A DNA stretch of 64,000 bases from Rhabdothermincola salaria. Lineage in GTDB: Bacteria > Actinomycetota > Acidimicrobiia > Acidimicrobiales > Acidimicrobilacustridaceae. Below, piece by piece: positions 28,828 to 38,574 of the stretch; the first letter of the stretch is position 1, and every line of letters starts with the position of its first letter. The stretch lies in the NCBI RefSeq assembly GCF_021246445.1, contig NZ_JAJQXW010000001.1:1568168-1632167 (forward strand), given 5' to 3'. The position numbers and the translations under genes were made by a program. The notes under the pieces are model-generated. The model was not told where the DNA came from. It was given only the letters and a program-made list of their open reading frames with translations, and made no database searches.

Positions 28828-29673
28828 ATGAGCCTCCGTCGAGCCACCCTCTCGCGCCTGGTCGCGGCCCTGGTCGTCGCCCTCGGCCTCCTCGCCGGCG
28901 CCTGCTCCAGCGGTTCCCAGCCCACGGCCGAGCCGGTCACCACCACCGTCGAGTCCACCACCACGACGGCCGCCCCCAACGTCGTCACCGTGGCCGCCGC
29001 CGTGGGCGACGAGCTCGAGGTCGTGGCCGAGCCGCCCGAGGGCATCGAACCGACCACCTCCACCTCCACGACGGTGCTCGACCGCTCCCTGCCCGCCATC
29101 CCCCGCCCGGACCTCAACTCCGCCGGAGCCCGCAAGACCGACGCCGGCTGGGCGTTCGAGAACCCCACCTACTTCGGGAACCCCCTCGTGGTGGTGGTGA
29201 CCGAAGACGCCGGCGAGTGGCTGCGGGTCATGATCCCCGCTCGCCCGAACCAGCTGGAAGGGTGGGTCCGCGCCGCCGACGTCGAGACCAGCACCCACTC
29301 CTACCGCATGGAGCTGAGCCTCTCGGACTTCAACCTCAAGGTGTACGACGGCGACGAGGTCATCGAAGAGACCCAGGTCGTCATCGGCCAGGACAACACC
29401 TACACCCCGACCGGGCGCTTCTACCTGAACGAGAAGATCGAGCAGTCCAACCCCGGTGGCGTCTACGGCCCGTGGGTGCTGTCCACCAACGCCTACAGCG
29501 AGAGCCTCGACACCTTCGACGGCGGCCTTCCGGTGGTGGCCTTCCACGGCACCAACCAGCCCGAGCTCATCGGCACCCAGGCCTCCAACGGCTGCATCCG
29601 GATGCCCAACGACGTGGTGATCCGCCTGGCCGAGATCCTCCCGGCCGGCACCCCAGTCGACGTGCTGGCCTAG
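28828..29673 (+). CDS. L,D-transpeptidase lipoprotein
   Basis: Lipobox AGAC; Thr-rich linker; YkuD motifs TPTGRF, FHGTN, SNGCIRM. Confidence 0.9.
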   Translation: MSLRRATLSRLVAALVVALGLLAGACSSGSQPTAEPVTTTVESTTTTAAPNVVTVAAAVGDELEVVAEPPEGIEPTTSTSTTVLDRSLPAIPRPDLNSAGARKTDAGWAFENPTYFGNPLVVVVTEDAGEWLRVMIPARPNQLEGWVRAADVETSTHSYRMELSLSDFNLKVYDGDEVIEETQVVIGQDNTYTPTGRFYLNEKIEQSNPGGVYGPWVLSTNAYSESLDTFDGGLPVVAFHGTNQPELIGTQASNGCIRMPNDVVIRLAEILPAGTPVDVLA

Positions 29674-29755
29674 GACCCGGAGGTCTGGGCCGCTCGCCCC
29701 TGCGAGGGGCGCCGGTTGGGCGCCTCTCAGCTGCCTCGGGCCCTCCGGGGCCGGA

Positions 29756-30319
29756 TCAGTGGGTGGAGGTGTCGGCGCCGTGGGCGGCGAGGGCCGCCTC
29801 GGCGAGGGCCAGCACCCGGGCCGGCTCGGCGGCCACCATGGTGGCGACCTCGGCCGGGGTGAGGCGCAGGACGTCGTCGGGCACGCTGGCGACCAACGCT
29901 CCCCGCTCGGTGTAGTGGTGCGAGCTGGCGACCCCGGCGAAGGCGTCGCGCCGGGCCGCGGCCAGCTCCGAGGTCGGCTCGGTGAGGAAGCCCCAGAGGT
30001 TGAGGGCGAAGGTGATGTCGTGGATCATCGGGGCGCGCCCGAACAGCGCAGCGCGGCGCATGGCGAGAGCCAGGCACCCGGAGAGGGCGTCGTCCTCGTG
30101 CTCCCCTGCGGTGAGCACCAGCTTCCCGCGGAACTGGTTGGCCAACTTCATGGCGTAGCCCTGGTCGGGCCCGGGGTTCCCCAGCCGGGGCCCCTGGGGC
30201 TGGCGTCCGCCGAGCTCGGCGGGCCGATCGGCTCGCCACGAATCGGGCCGACGCGGCGGCGAGGCGTAGACGCGGGCCTTGTCGTCGGTGGGCGTGGGCA
30301 CGTAGTCGGGAGCAGCCAT
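29756..30319 (-). CDS. Hypothetical protein
   Basis: Coding-like 187 aa ORF; includes GPDQGYA and RRAALFGRAP; function unknown. Confidence 0.7.
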   Translation of the reverse strand: MAAPDYVPTPTDDKARVYASPPRRPDSWRADRPAELGGRQPQGPRLGNPGPDQGYAMKLANQFRGKLVLTAGEHEDDALSGCLALAMRRAALFGRAPMIHDITFALNLWGFLTEPTSELAAARRDAFAGVASSHHYTERGALVASVPDDVLRLTPAEVATMVAAEPARVLALAEAALAAHGADTSTH

Positions 30320-30472
30320 CGCCGGGCACGTTAGTTCTCGCCTCGGTGCGGAGCCCAACGTGGCCCGGGCTCCGGCGACGCCCGGTCGCCACCGCGATCG
30401 TCGCCGTCGGTTGCCGTTCACATCCACGCTGTGTCCGACGAGCGAGGAACCGTTGCGGTTCCCGGCTCCCGG

Positions 30473-32488
30473 TCAGGCGGCTCGGACGAGTTGGTGGGCT
30501 CGGTGGCGGATGAGGGCGTCGACGGCGTCGTCGTCGAGGGGGTCGCCGTTGGTGTCGTGGGGTCCGAGGGCGCCGCTGGTGAGCAGGGCCACGACCTCGT
30601 CGAGGATCTCGGCGATCTCGGTCAGCTCGGCGCTCTCGGCCCTCTCGGCCCTCTCGGTCAGCTCGGCCTTCTCGGTCAGCTCGGCCTTCTCGCGGACCCC
30701 GGCTTGGCCTGGGGTCGTGGCCGGCTCGAAGACGTCGACGAACTCGGCGGGCACGACCAGATCGCCGCCGCGACCAGCGGCGTCGTCGGGCTGGGCCTCG
30801 TCGGGCCGGGTGCCGTGGGTGTCGGCCGTGGTCGTTTCGGTTCCGGCGGAGCTGGCAGTGCGGCGGGTGGCCACGGACTCGGTGCCTGCCACGGGACGGT
30901 CGTTCGCGACGGGCCGGTCGTTCGCGACGGGCTCGCCGGTGGGTGGGGTGAAGGGGTCGGGGGTGAGGGCGTCGACGGTGGGGTGGTGGAGTGGGAGGCG
31001 GGGTGGTCGGGTGCGTCTCGGGGGTGGTGAGAGCACGGGTGGGCGGTCGGGGAACGTGAACACGACGGTGCCGTCGGGTTCGACGCTGAGGCCGTGGCCT
31101 TTGCGGTGCACGAGACCGTGGTGGGCGCCGCACAGGGCGACGAGGTTGACGACAGAAGTGGGGCCACCGTCGGTCCAGGCACGGACGTGGTGGATGTCGA
31201 CCCAGGCGGCGGGGGCGTGACAGCCGGGGTAGCGGCAGGTGCCGTCACGGGCGAGGATGGCGTCGCGCAGGGTGGGGGTGGCCAGGCGGATGGAACGACC
31301 GTGATCGAGGATCTGTCCGTCGATGGTCAACAGCCGGGCCAGGGTGGTGCCCTCCCCGAACAGCTCGTTGACGACCTCGGGGGGCAGGGTGCGTCCTTCG
31401 ATGGTTCCCATGACTGTGGATCCGCGGGCCAGGGCGTGGGTGAGGAACGCTTCGGTGGCCGGCGTGTACCCGTGCAGAGCGCACCAGGCTTCGAGTTGGT
31501 CTCTGGTGGTGATCCCGGCGCCCCACAGCACCGACGCAGCCAACGAATCCAGGTCGGCGATGGCCATGATGTGGGGGTGCTGACGCCCCGGACGGCCAGC
31601 CCTGGTCGTGTGGTGATCGAGGAAGAAGCGGGCGATGGTCACCGACGCCTCAGCTCGGCGTTGCGCGGCGGTGCGCACCTCACCGGGTTCGTCGGCGCGT
31701 TCCGCGACCCGTAGGGCGTTCTCGATCACGGTGGCATCACCCGGCGCGAAGGTGCTGCGCTGCTCGGCGCGATCGTCGAGGGTGCGTGACCACTGCGTCT
31801 CCGACGGCGCCACCACCGGCGGGGCCTCCAACCGGGCCGGATCCGCCGAGGTGACCGCATCAGCGCGGGCCACCCAGTCTTCGATGACCACCTTGGTGTC
31901 GGCCACACTCAACCCGACCAGCACCGGCGAACACACCGCGTCGTGGTCGGCGTAGAACTCGACGAGACCCTTGGGGATCAACCGGACCGCCATCTCCACC
32001 TGCGCCCCCGACAGCGACCCGTCGACCCACAACGACCCCATGGTGGGCCAGGCCGACAGGCGATCGGCACGCACCAGCAACGCCCGCGCCGCCGATTCGG
32101 TCAACCCGAGGCGGGCTCGCATCCACGACGCTTTGGTCGGGAACCCCTCACCGCGGTGACCGTCAGCGGCGAAGAACCCCACCAACGCCGCCACCCGAAC
32201 CGCTTCCAGGCGATCGATCCGGGCCGACAGCGCCACGATCCCAGCCTCCCCCACCACCGCATCAGGCAAACCACCCAAGCCGCCACCGCCCAGGCCGTCG
32301 AGGCCGTCGAGGCCGTCGAGGCCGTCGCCGACCGGGCCGTGCCCATTGAGGTCGTGACCGGTCGAGTCGTGACCCTCGAGGCCGGGGTCGTTCGAACTGT
32401 GGTCAGTCGGGGTGTGCTCTGCGACCGGGGCGGCCGCGCCGGGGGCGGTGATGTCGCCGATTCTCCCGGTCGCAGCCCTTTCGAACAT
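30473..32488 (-). CDS. DUF222/13E12-repeat family HNH endonuclease
   Basis: RTAAQRRAEA, ILARDGTCRYPGC, DIHHVRAWTDGGPTSVVNLVALCGAHHGLVH; low-complexity termini. Confidence 0.9.
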   Translation of the reverse strand: MFERAATGRIGDITAPGAAAPVAEHTPTDHSSNDPGLEGHDSTGHDLNGHGPVGDGLDGLDGLDGLGGGGLGGLPDAVVGEAGIVALSARIDRLEAVRVAALVGFFAADGHRGEGFPTKASWMRARLGLTESAARALLVRADRLSAWPTMGSLWVDGSLSGAQVEMAVRLIPKGLVEFYADHDAVCSPVLVGLSVADTKVVIEDWVARADAVTSADPARLEAPPVVAPSETQWSRTLDDRAEQRSTFAPGDATVIENALRVAERADEPGEVRTAAQRRAEASVTIARFFLDHHTTRAGRPGRQHPHIMAIADLDSLAASVLWGAGITTRDQLEAWCALHGYTPATEAFLTHALARGSTVMGTIEGRTLPPEVVNELFGEGTTLARLLTIDGQILDHGRSIRLATPTLRDAILARDGTCRYPGCHAPAAWVDIHHVRAWTDGGPTSVVNLVALCGAHHGLVHRKGHGLSVEPDGTVVFTFPDRPPVLSPPPRRTRPPRLPLHHPTVDALTPDPFTPPTGEPVANDRPVANDRPVAGTESVATRRTASSAGTETTTADTHGTRPDEAQPDDAAGRGGDLVVPAEFVDVFEPATTPGQAGVREKAELTEKAELTERAERAESAELTEIAEILDEVVALLTSGALGPHDTNGDPLDDDAVDALIRHRAHQLVRAA

Positions 32489-32517
32489 GCGTCCCAATCT
32501 ACCAGACACATGTTCGA
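32481..32517 (-). promoter_or_regulatory. Two degenerate LexA/SOS boxes flanking a TAGATT -10 for a leaderless HNH gene
   Basis: TCGAAC-ATGC-GTCCCA and CCAGAC-ACAT-GTTCGA versus consensus TCGAAC-N4-GTTCGA; TAGATT lies 7 nt before the ATG. Confidence 0.55.
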
Positions 32518-32719
32518 GATGCAGCGTAGATACCGAACTATTTCGCGACCTTTTTCGGAGTTCGAACGGATTCTCACCGGGCGCGCCGACACCCACACCG
32601 CACGTGGCCGGCGGTCCGTCTCGTCCTGCCCGCGCACCACGACCTCGGGCCCGGCGGCAGCCCGGGCTGCGCCTCCGAGGGGCCGGACCCTCAGCCCCTC
32701 AGCCCCTCAACCCCGTAGC

Positions 32720-33178
32720 TCACTCGAGCTCGGCCACGATCTCGCCGATGATCTTGCTGGCCTGGTGGGTGGGCAGAGGCTCGCCGCCTTCGGCGTCGGC
32801 GACCTCGGCGGCGAAGTCCTCCACGGAGTGCACGCCACCGGCGAGGACGTGGCGCAGCGCCTCGGCGCTGGCGGAGGGGTCGTCGAGCCCGGCCACCGCA
32901 TCGGCGACGGCGTGATCGGGGTCCTCGGCCACGGCGTGGACGAGTGCCCTGGCCTCCTTGCGGCCGTCGGCGGTCGAAGTGGCCGCCTCGCCGTCGTGTT
33001 GTTGGAGGTCCCACTCGGCCAGGGCCTCGTCGTAGCCACCCTCGCCGGGGTGGAGGAGCCGGGTCGTCGGACCGGCGGGCTCCTCCGCCGCATCGGGCTC
33101 GTCGCCCTCGGCGTCGGGCCCACGCTCGGGTTCCACGGGGACGACCAGGGTGCCGTCGTCGTTTCGGATGATCTCCAC
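32720..33178 (-). CDS. Acidic hypothetical protein
   Basis: RBS GAGGAG before GTG; GC3-rich; D/E-rich, 152 aa. Confidence 0.6.
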   Translation of the reverse strand: MEIIRNDDGTLVVPVEPERGPDAEGDEPDAAEEPAGPTTRLLHPGEGGYDEALAEWDLQQHDGEAATSTADGRKEARALVHAVAEDPDHAVADAVAGLDDPSASAEALRHVLAGGVHSVEDFAAEVADAEGGEPLPTHQASKIIGEIVAELE

Positions 33179-33361
33179 GGTGCTCCTCGGTGGTCGACCA
33201 GCACCACGCGGTGCCGGCCCCTGGTGCCTACCCGATCCGTGGCCCGCGAGTCTCCCCTCTGCGGCGACCACCACTGCCGGCGGCCTTCCCGGAGGTGCCG
33301 CCGGCCACCGTCGAAGCGCGGCCCGACCGACGAGAGCGGCCGACCGAGAGGACCCGGGCGG

Positions 33362-35014
33362 TCAGTCCGAGCCGTGCAGCAGGCCGTACTGGATGGAGTC
33401 CATCAAGGCCTGCCACGAGGCCTCGATCACGTTGCTGTCGACGCCGACGGTCGTCCAGACCCGTTCGCCGTCGGTGGAGTCGACCAGCACCCGCACCACC
33501 GCCCCGGTGGCCGCTCCGCCGTCGACGACACGCACCTTGAAGTCGGTGAGGTGGATGCGGTCGAGCACCGGGAAGCGCCCGTTGAGAGCGCGCCGCACGG
33601 CGGCGTCGAGGGCGTTGACCGGGCCGTTGCCCTCGCCCACGGCGGCGACGCGGTGGCCGTCGATCCACAGCTTGACCGTGGCCTCCACGGTGACCTCGAC
33701 CTCGCCGCTGGGCATGACCGGACCCTCGCGGTGGTAGCTCGAGACGCGGTAGGCCTCCACCTGGAAGAAGGACTGCTCCCAGCCGGCGGCTCGACGCATC
33801 AGCAGCTCGAGCGAGGCGTCGGCGGCTTCGAAGGTCCAGCCGACGGACTCGAGGCGCTTGAGGTCCTCGCTGAGGGCGCCCGCGGCGCGGTCGTCGAGCT
33901 CGAGCCCGAACTCGGCGGCCTTCATGGACATGCCGGCCCGGCCACCGAGGTCGGAGACGAGGACCCGGGTGTGGTTGCCGACGACCGAGGGGTCGACGTG
34001 CTCGTAGGTGGCTCCGCCGGCGCGGCCGAGCGCCGAGGTGTGCAGGCCGCCCTTGTGGGCGAAGGCGGAGACGCCGACGAAGGGGTCGGAGGGCTGGGGC
34101 GGCAGGTTGACCAGCTCGGCCACCCGGTGGCTCACCAGGGTGAGCCGCTCCATGCGGCCCTCGGGGAGGGTGGCCACGCCGAGCTTGAGGGTGAGGTCGG
34201 GGATGACCGTCATCAGGTTGGCGTTGCCGGTGCGTTCGCCGTAGCCGTTGATGGTGCCCTGGACCTGGGTCGCCCCACCGAGCACCGCGGCCACGGAGTT
34301 GGCCACCGCGCAGCCCGAGTCGTTCTGGGTGTGGATGCCGACCGCCACGTCGGCGCCCAGGTGCGAGGTGATCTGGGTGGTGATGTGCTGGACCTCGTGG
34401 GGCAGCGAACCGCCGTTGGTGTCGCACAGCACCACGCAGGCGGCGCCGTTGACCGCAGCCGCCTCGAGCACCCGGAGGGCGTACTCGGGGTTGGCCTTGT
34501 AGCCGTCGAAGAAGTGCTCGGCGTCGAAGAAGACCCGCAGGCCCGCATCGGCCAGGAAGCGCACCGACTCGCCGACCATGGCCACGCCCTCGTCGAGGGT
34601 GGTGCGCAGAGCCTCGGTGACGTGGAAGTCCCAGCTCTTGCCCACGATGCACACCGTGCCGGTGCCGGCTCCCACCAACGCCGACAGGGTGGGGTCGACG
34701 TCGACCTTGCCGGCGGGACGGCGGGTGGAGCCGAAGGCCACCAGCTCGGCGGTGGAGAGATCGAGCTCGGTGGGTGCGCGCCGGAAGAACTCCTCGTCGC
34801 GGGGGTTGGCCTGCGGGTACCCGCCCTCGATCCAGCGGACGCCGAGCCAGTCGAGCTGCTCGGCGACGCGCAGCTTGTCGTCGACCGTGAGCGAGATGCC
34901 CTCGAACTGGGCGCCGTCGCGCAGCGTCGTGTCGAAGATCTCGACCGACTCGGGGAGCTGGGGGGTGCCGGCGGCCGTGGCGCCGGGGCGGGGTGCGCCG
35001 TTGCTAGTGGACAT
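33362..35014 (-). CDS. cimA: Citramalate synthase
   Basis: DTTLRDGAQFEG, IEGGYP..NP, FFDAEHFFDGYK, GTINGYGERTGNANL, AFAHKGGLH, FEAADAS.ELL, WTTVGV..NVIEASW (bacterial CimA signature). Confidence 0.92.
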   Translation of the reverse strand: MSTSNGAPRPGATAAGTPQLPESVEIFDTTLRDGAQFEGISLTVDDKLRVAEQLDWLGVRWIEGGYPQANPRDEEFFRRAPTELDLSTAELVAFGSTRRPAGKVDVDPTLSALVGAGTGTVCIVGKSWDFHVTEALRTTLDEGVAMVGESVRFLADAGLRVFFDAEHFFDGYKANPEYALRVLEAAAVNGAACVVLCDTNGGSLPHEVQHITTQITSHLGADVAVGIHTQNDSGCAVANSVAAVLGGATQVQGTINGYGERTGNANLMTVIPDLTLKLGVATLPEGRMERLTLVSHRVAELVNLPPQPSDPFVGVSAFAHKGGLHTSALGRAGGATYEHVDPSVVGNHTRVLVSDLGGRAGMSMKAAEFGLELDDRAAGALSEDLKRLESVGWTFEAADASLELLMRRAAGWEQSFFQVEAYRVSSYHREGPVMPSGEVEVTVEATVKLWIDGHRVAAVGEGNGPVNALDAAVRRALNGRFPVLDRIHLTDFKVRVVDGGAATGAVVRVLVDSTDGERVWTTVGVDSNVIEASWQALMDSIQYGLLHGSD

Positions 35015-35921
35015 GCTCCAACCAGTCCTTGTAGCGGTCGACCTCGCCGCGCACGGTTCGGGCGTACTCGGCTGCGATGGCCGTGGTCATCGGGCCGGGG
35101 CACGGGATGTCCCGGTCGTCGACCGAGTTGACCGCCGAGACCTCGGCGGCGGTGCCGCACACGAACATCTCCTCGCAGACGTAGAGGTCGCTGCGGGTGA
35201 GGTAGTCGAAGCGGACCTCGAAGCCGAAGTCCTTGGCGATGGCGATCACCGTGTCCTGGGTGAGGCCCTCGAGGGCCCCGGCGGCCACCGGCGGGGTGAC
35301 GAGCACGCCGTCGCGGGCCACGAAGATGTTCTCGCCGGTGCACTCGCTCACGAACCCCTGCGGGCTGAGCATGATGGCTTCGTCGTAGCCAGCCTTGAGG
35401 GCCTCGACCTTGGCCAGCGAGGAGTTCACGTAGTTGCCGGTGGTCTTGGACGCCGGCGGCATGGTGTTGTGGTCGTGGCGGGTCCACGACGAGATCTTCA
35501 TGCGCACGCCCTTGGTGACCGCCTCCTCGCCCAGGTAGGCGCCCCACGGCCAGCAGGCGATGGACACGTCGATGGAGCAGGGCAGGGTGTTGAGGCCCAT
35601 CTCGCCGTAGCCGTAGTAGGCGATGGGACGGATGTAGGCCGATGGCAACCCGCTGGCCCGCACCACGTCCTTGGTGGCCTGCACCAGCTCCTCGACGGAG
35701 TAGGGCAGCTCCATCCCCATGATCTTGGCCGAGTTGTGCAGGCGGGCCATGTGCTCGGTGAGACGGAACACGGCCGGGCCCTGGGGCGTCTCGTAGGCCC
35801 GGATGCCCTCGAACACGCCCATGCCGTAGTGCAGGGTGTGGGTGAGCACGTGGATGCGGGCGTCGTCCCAGGCGACGAGCTCGCCGTTCATCCAGATCTT
35901 CTCGGTGGGTGTGATGGGCAC
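35004..35921 (-). CDS. ilvE: Branched-chain amino acid aminotransferase
   Basis: HVLTHTLHYGMGVFEGIRAY, YIRP, K..GNY.NS, E..GENIF, GTAAEV. Confidence 0.95.
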   Translation of the reverse strand: MPITPTEKIWMNGELVAWDDARIHVLTHTLHYGMGVFEGIRAYETPQGPAVFRLTEHMARLHNSAKIMGMELPYSVEELVQATKDVVRASGLPSAYIRPIAYYGYGEMGLNTLPCSIDVSIACWPWGAYLGEEAVTKGVRMKISSWTRHDHNTMPPASKTTGNYVNSSLAKVEALKAGYDEAIMLSPQGFVSECTGENIFVARDGVLVTPPVAAGALEGLTQDTVIAIAKDFGFEVRFDYLTRSDLYVCEEMFVCGTAAEVSAVNSVDDRDIPCPGPMTTAIAAEYARTVRGEVDRYKDWLEHVH

Positions 35922-35935
35922 AGGTGTTCCCCCTG

Positions 35936-36910
35936 TTACAGCCGGCCGGCGACAGCGTCGCCGATCTCGGTGGTGGATCCGGTGAGGGTGGCGGTCTCGG
36001 CACACGCCGCACGGATGCGTGCGGCCGCGTCGGCCTCGCCCAGGAAGTCGAGCATCATGGCCGCCGAGAGGATGGCGGCGACCGGGTTGGCCTTGTTCTG
36101 ACCGGCGATGTCGGGGGCCGAGCCGTGCACCGGCTCGAACATCGACGGTCCGGTGCGATCGGGGTTGAGGTTGCCCGAGGAGGCGAGCCCGATGCCCCCC
36201 GACACCGCTCCACCCAGATCGGTGAGGATGTCGCCGAAGAGGTTGTCGGTGACGATCACGTCGTAGCGCTGCGGGCTCTCGACGAAGTAGATGCACGCGG
36301 CATCGACGTGGTTGTAGGCGGTCTCCACATCGGGGTACTCGGCGGCCACGGCGTCGAAGGTGCGCTCCCACAGGTCGCCGGCGAAGGTGAGCACGTTGGT
36401 CTTGTGGACCAACGTGAGGTGCTTGCGCTCCCGGCTGCGAGCCAGCTCGAAGGCGTAGCGCACGCAGCGCTCGACCCCGAAGCGGGTGTTGACCGACCCC
36501 TGCGTGGCGACCTCGTGGGGGGTCCCCTTGCGCAGGAAACCGCCCTCGCCGGCGTAGGTGCCCTCGGTGTTCTCGCGGATCACGATGAACTCGTGCCCGG
36601 GGGCCAGGAACGGACGCTGGTTCACGTAGAGGTCGAGGTCGAAGCGCATCTTGAGCAACAGCCCCCGCTCGATGACGCCAGGAGGCACGTCGGGGGTGCC
36701 TACCGCACCGAGGAAGAGGGCGTCGAGACCACGCCACTCGGCGATGGTGGCGTCGTCGAGGACGACCCCGTCGCGCAGGTAGCGCTCACCGCCGAGGTCG
36801 TAGTCGACCGTGTCGAGCTCGACACCCGCCGCCCGCACGATGCCGAGCGCGATCGGGACGACCTCGTGGCCGATGCCGTCTCCGGGGATGACTCCGATCC
36901 TGTGACTCAA
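35936..36910 (-). CDS. leuB: 3-isopropylmalate dehydrogenase
   Basis: [53 protein letters not shown] start after GGAG. Confidence 0.93.
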   Translation of the reverse strand: MSHRIGVIPGDGIGHEVVPIALGIVRAAGVELDTVDYDLGGERYLRDGVVLDDATIAEWRGLDALFLGAVGTPDVPPGVIERGLLLKMRFDLDLYVNQRPFLAPGHEFIVIRENTEGTYAGEGGFLRKGTPHEVATQGSVNTRFGVERCVRYAFELARSRERKHLTLVHKTNVLTFAGDLWERTFDAVAAEYPDVETAYNHVDAACIYFVESPQRYDVIVTDNLFGDILTDLGGAVSGGIGLASSGNLNPDRTGPSMFEPVHGSAPDIAGQNKANPVAAILSAAMMLDFLGEADAAARIRAACAETATLTGSTTEIGDAVAGRL

Positions 36911-36991
36911 CGCAATTCTCCGAGCAGGCTTGGGTGGCGGCGCCGTCGGCTCTCCCGACGACGGGGCCACAGTGTGCACAGCGGCCCCTAC

Positions 36992-37021
36992 AACGACAAA
37001 GCCGCCCACCAGGTGGACGGC
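36992..37021 (-). terminator. Intrinsic terminator of the leuB-ilvE-cimA attenuator
   Basis: Minus strand GCCGTCCAC-CTG-GTGGGCGGC followed by TTTGTCGTT. Confidence 0.8.
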
Positions 37022-37052
37022 CAGAGAAGCGCACACCGACGAACGGCGTGCG

Positions 37053-37094
37053 CTACCGAATGATCGCTACCAGGGTCGTGGGGGCGACGGGCAC
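37053..37094 (-). CDS. Leaderless attenuator leader peptide [13 protein letters not shown] (Leu/Val/Ile sensing)
   Basis: GTG CCC GTC GCC CCC ACG ACC CTG GTA GCG ATC ATT CGG TAG; -10 TACACT (37107-37102) lies 7 nt before the GTG. Confidence 0.8.
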   Translation of the reverse strand: MPVAPTTLVAIIR

Positions 37095-37171
37095 GACGCA
37101 GAGTGTACCCCCCTCGCCGAGGCGGCGCACAGGGGTATGCCCGCCCGCTCCGCCTCGCTACCATCCACCAG

Positions 37172-37639
37172 GTGCCCGACGTCCACCACCTCTCACAATC
37201 AGCCTACGACCGCCTGAGCAGCGAGCTCGAGGAGCTCACCACGCACGGCCGGGTCGACATCGCCCGCAAGATCCAGGCCGCCCGTGAGCTGGGCGACCTC
37301 TCCGAGAACGGCGACTACCACGCCGCCAAGGAGGAGCAGGGCAAGATGGAGGGACGCATCCGCCACCTGCAGGCGCTCCTGCAGGACTGCGAGATCGTGG
37401 AGGCGGGCGCCACCGACTCGGTCGCCACCGGCGTCGTCGTGTCCATCTGCTACGAAGGCGACGACGATCCGGAGCGCTTCCTCATCGGCTCCATCGAGGA
37501 GCGCAACGGCGACGTCGAGGTCGTCTCTCCGGGCTCACCGCTCGGCCAGGCGCTGATGGGCCGGCGCATCGGCGAGGTCGTCGGCTACGAGGCGCCCAAC
37601 GGCGAGCTGCGGGTCGAGATCGTCGACATCGAGGCCTGA
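37172..37639 (+). CDS. greA: Transcription elongation factor GreA
   Basis: ARELGDLSENGDYHAAKEEQ, VSP.SPLG.ALMG; TACCAT 7 nt before GTG (leaderless). Confidence 0.95.
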   Translation: MPDVHHLSQSAYDRLSSELEELTTHGRVDIARKIQAARELGDLSENGDYHAAKEEQGKMEGRIRHLQALLQDCEIVEAGATDSVATGVVVSICYEGDDDPERFLIGSIEERNGDVEVVSPGSPLGQALMGRRIGEVVGYEAPNGELRVEIVDIEA

Positions 37640-37653
37640 GTGGCGCCACGCCG

Positions 37654-38556
37654 GTGAGCCAGCCCCGGTCCTCCGCCGACGACCATGGCGAGGCCGATGA
37701 TCCGGAGGCCACCGCGCCGTTCCCCACCCCCGGGTTGCCCGAGGGTCGTGTCGTGGAGCTCCCCGGTAGAGGCACGACCTTCGTGCGCGAGGTCGCGGGG
37801 CCACCAGGGGCCCCGACCGTCGTGTTGCTCCACGGCTGGACGGCCAACTCCGCCCTGAACTGGTTCGCCACCTATCAGCCTCTCGGTGAGCACTTCAGGG
37901 TGGTGGCCCTCGACCACCGGGGTCACGGTCTGGGTCTGCGCACCTGGCGTCGCTTCCGTCTGGAGGACTGCGCCGACGACGTCGCCGCCCTGGCCGAGGT
38001 GCTCGGCATCGAACGCTTCGTACCGGTCGGCTACTCGATGGGCGGCCCGATCGCCCAGCTCCTCTGGCAGCGCCACCGCTCGCGGGTCCAGGGTCTGGTG
38101 CTGTGCGCCACCAGCCGCAACTTCAAGGCCCATCCGAGCGAGCACGCCGTGTTCGGCGTCATCGCCGGGCTCACCGTGGCCGCCCGGGCCGCGCCCATCG
38201 GGTTGCGCCGGCGCGTCACCGACAGGGTCCTGGTGGCCCGCTACGAGGACACGCCGTTGGGCCGCTGGGCTCGGGACCAGGCGCGCCTCAACGACCTGCG
38301 TTCCATCCTCGAGGCCGGCCACGCGCTGTCGACGTTCTCCTCCAAGGCCTGGATACGCGACGTCGACGTCCCGACCGGGGTGGTCATCCCCCGCTTCGAC
38401 GCCACCGTGCCCCCTCGACGCCAACGGCGGCTGGCCGAAGCCATCCCCGGCGCCCGGGTCTGGGAGGTCGACGGGGCCCACGACGTCTGTGCCGTCGATC
38501 CACCGGCGTTCGTGCCCGCCCTCCTCGAGGCCTGCCACCACGCCGCCGCGGGGTGA
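37654..38556 (+). CDS. Alpha/beta fold hydrolase
   Basis: LLHGW, DHRGHG, GYSMGG nucleophile elbow, D..VP, GAH. Confidence 0.9.
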   Translation: MSQPRSSADDHGEADDPEATAPFPTPGLPEGRVVELPGRGTTFVREVAGPPGAPTVVLLHGWTANSALNWFATYQPLGEHFRVVALDHRGHGLGLRTWRRFRLEDCADDVAALAEVLGIERFVPVGYSMGGPIAQLLWQRHRSRVQGLVLCATSRNFKAHPSEHAVFGVIAGLTVAARAAPIGLRRRVTDRVLVARYEDTPLGRWARDQARLNDLRSILEAGHALSTFSSKAWIRDVDVPTGVVIPRFDATVPPRRQRRLAEAIPGARVWEVDGAHDVCAVDPPAFVPALLEACHHAAAG

Positions 38557-38574
38557 GGCGCCTGCCGGTGCGCC

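Noticed and set aside
31943..35131. Very long antisense or alternative-frame ORFs (e.g. 31943-35131, 55254-58532, 43322-46060, 22352-24937, 1234-3456)
   Set aside because: They are shadow ORFs caused by stop-codon scarcity at high GC, opposite well-supported genes.
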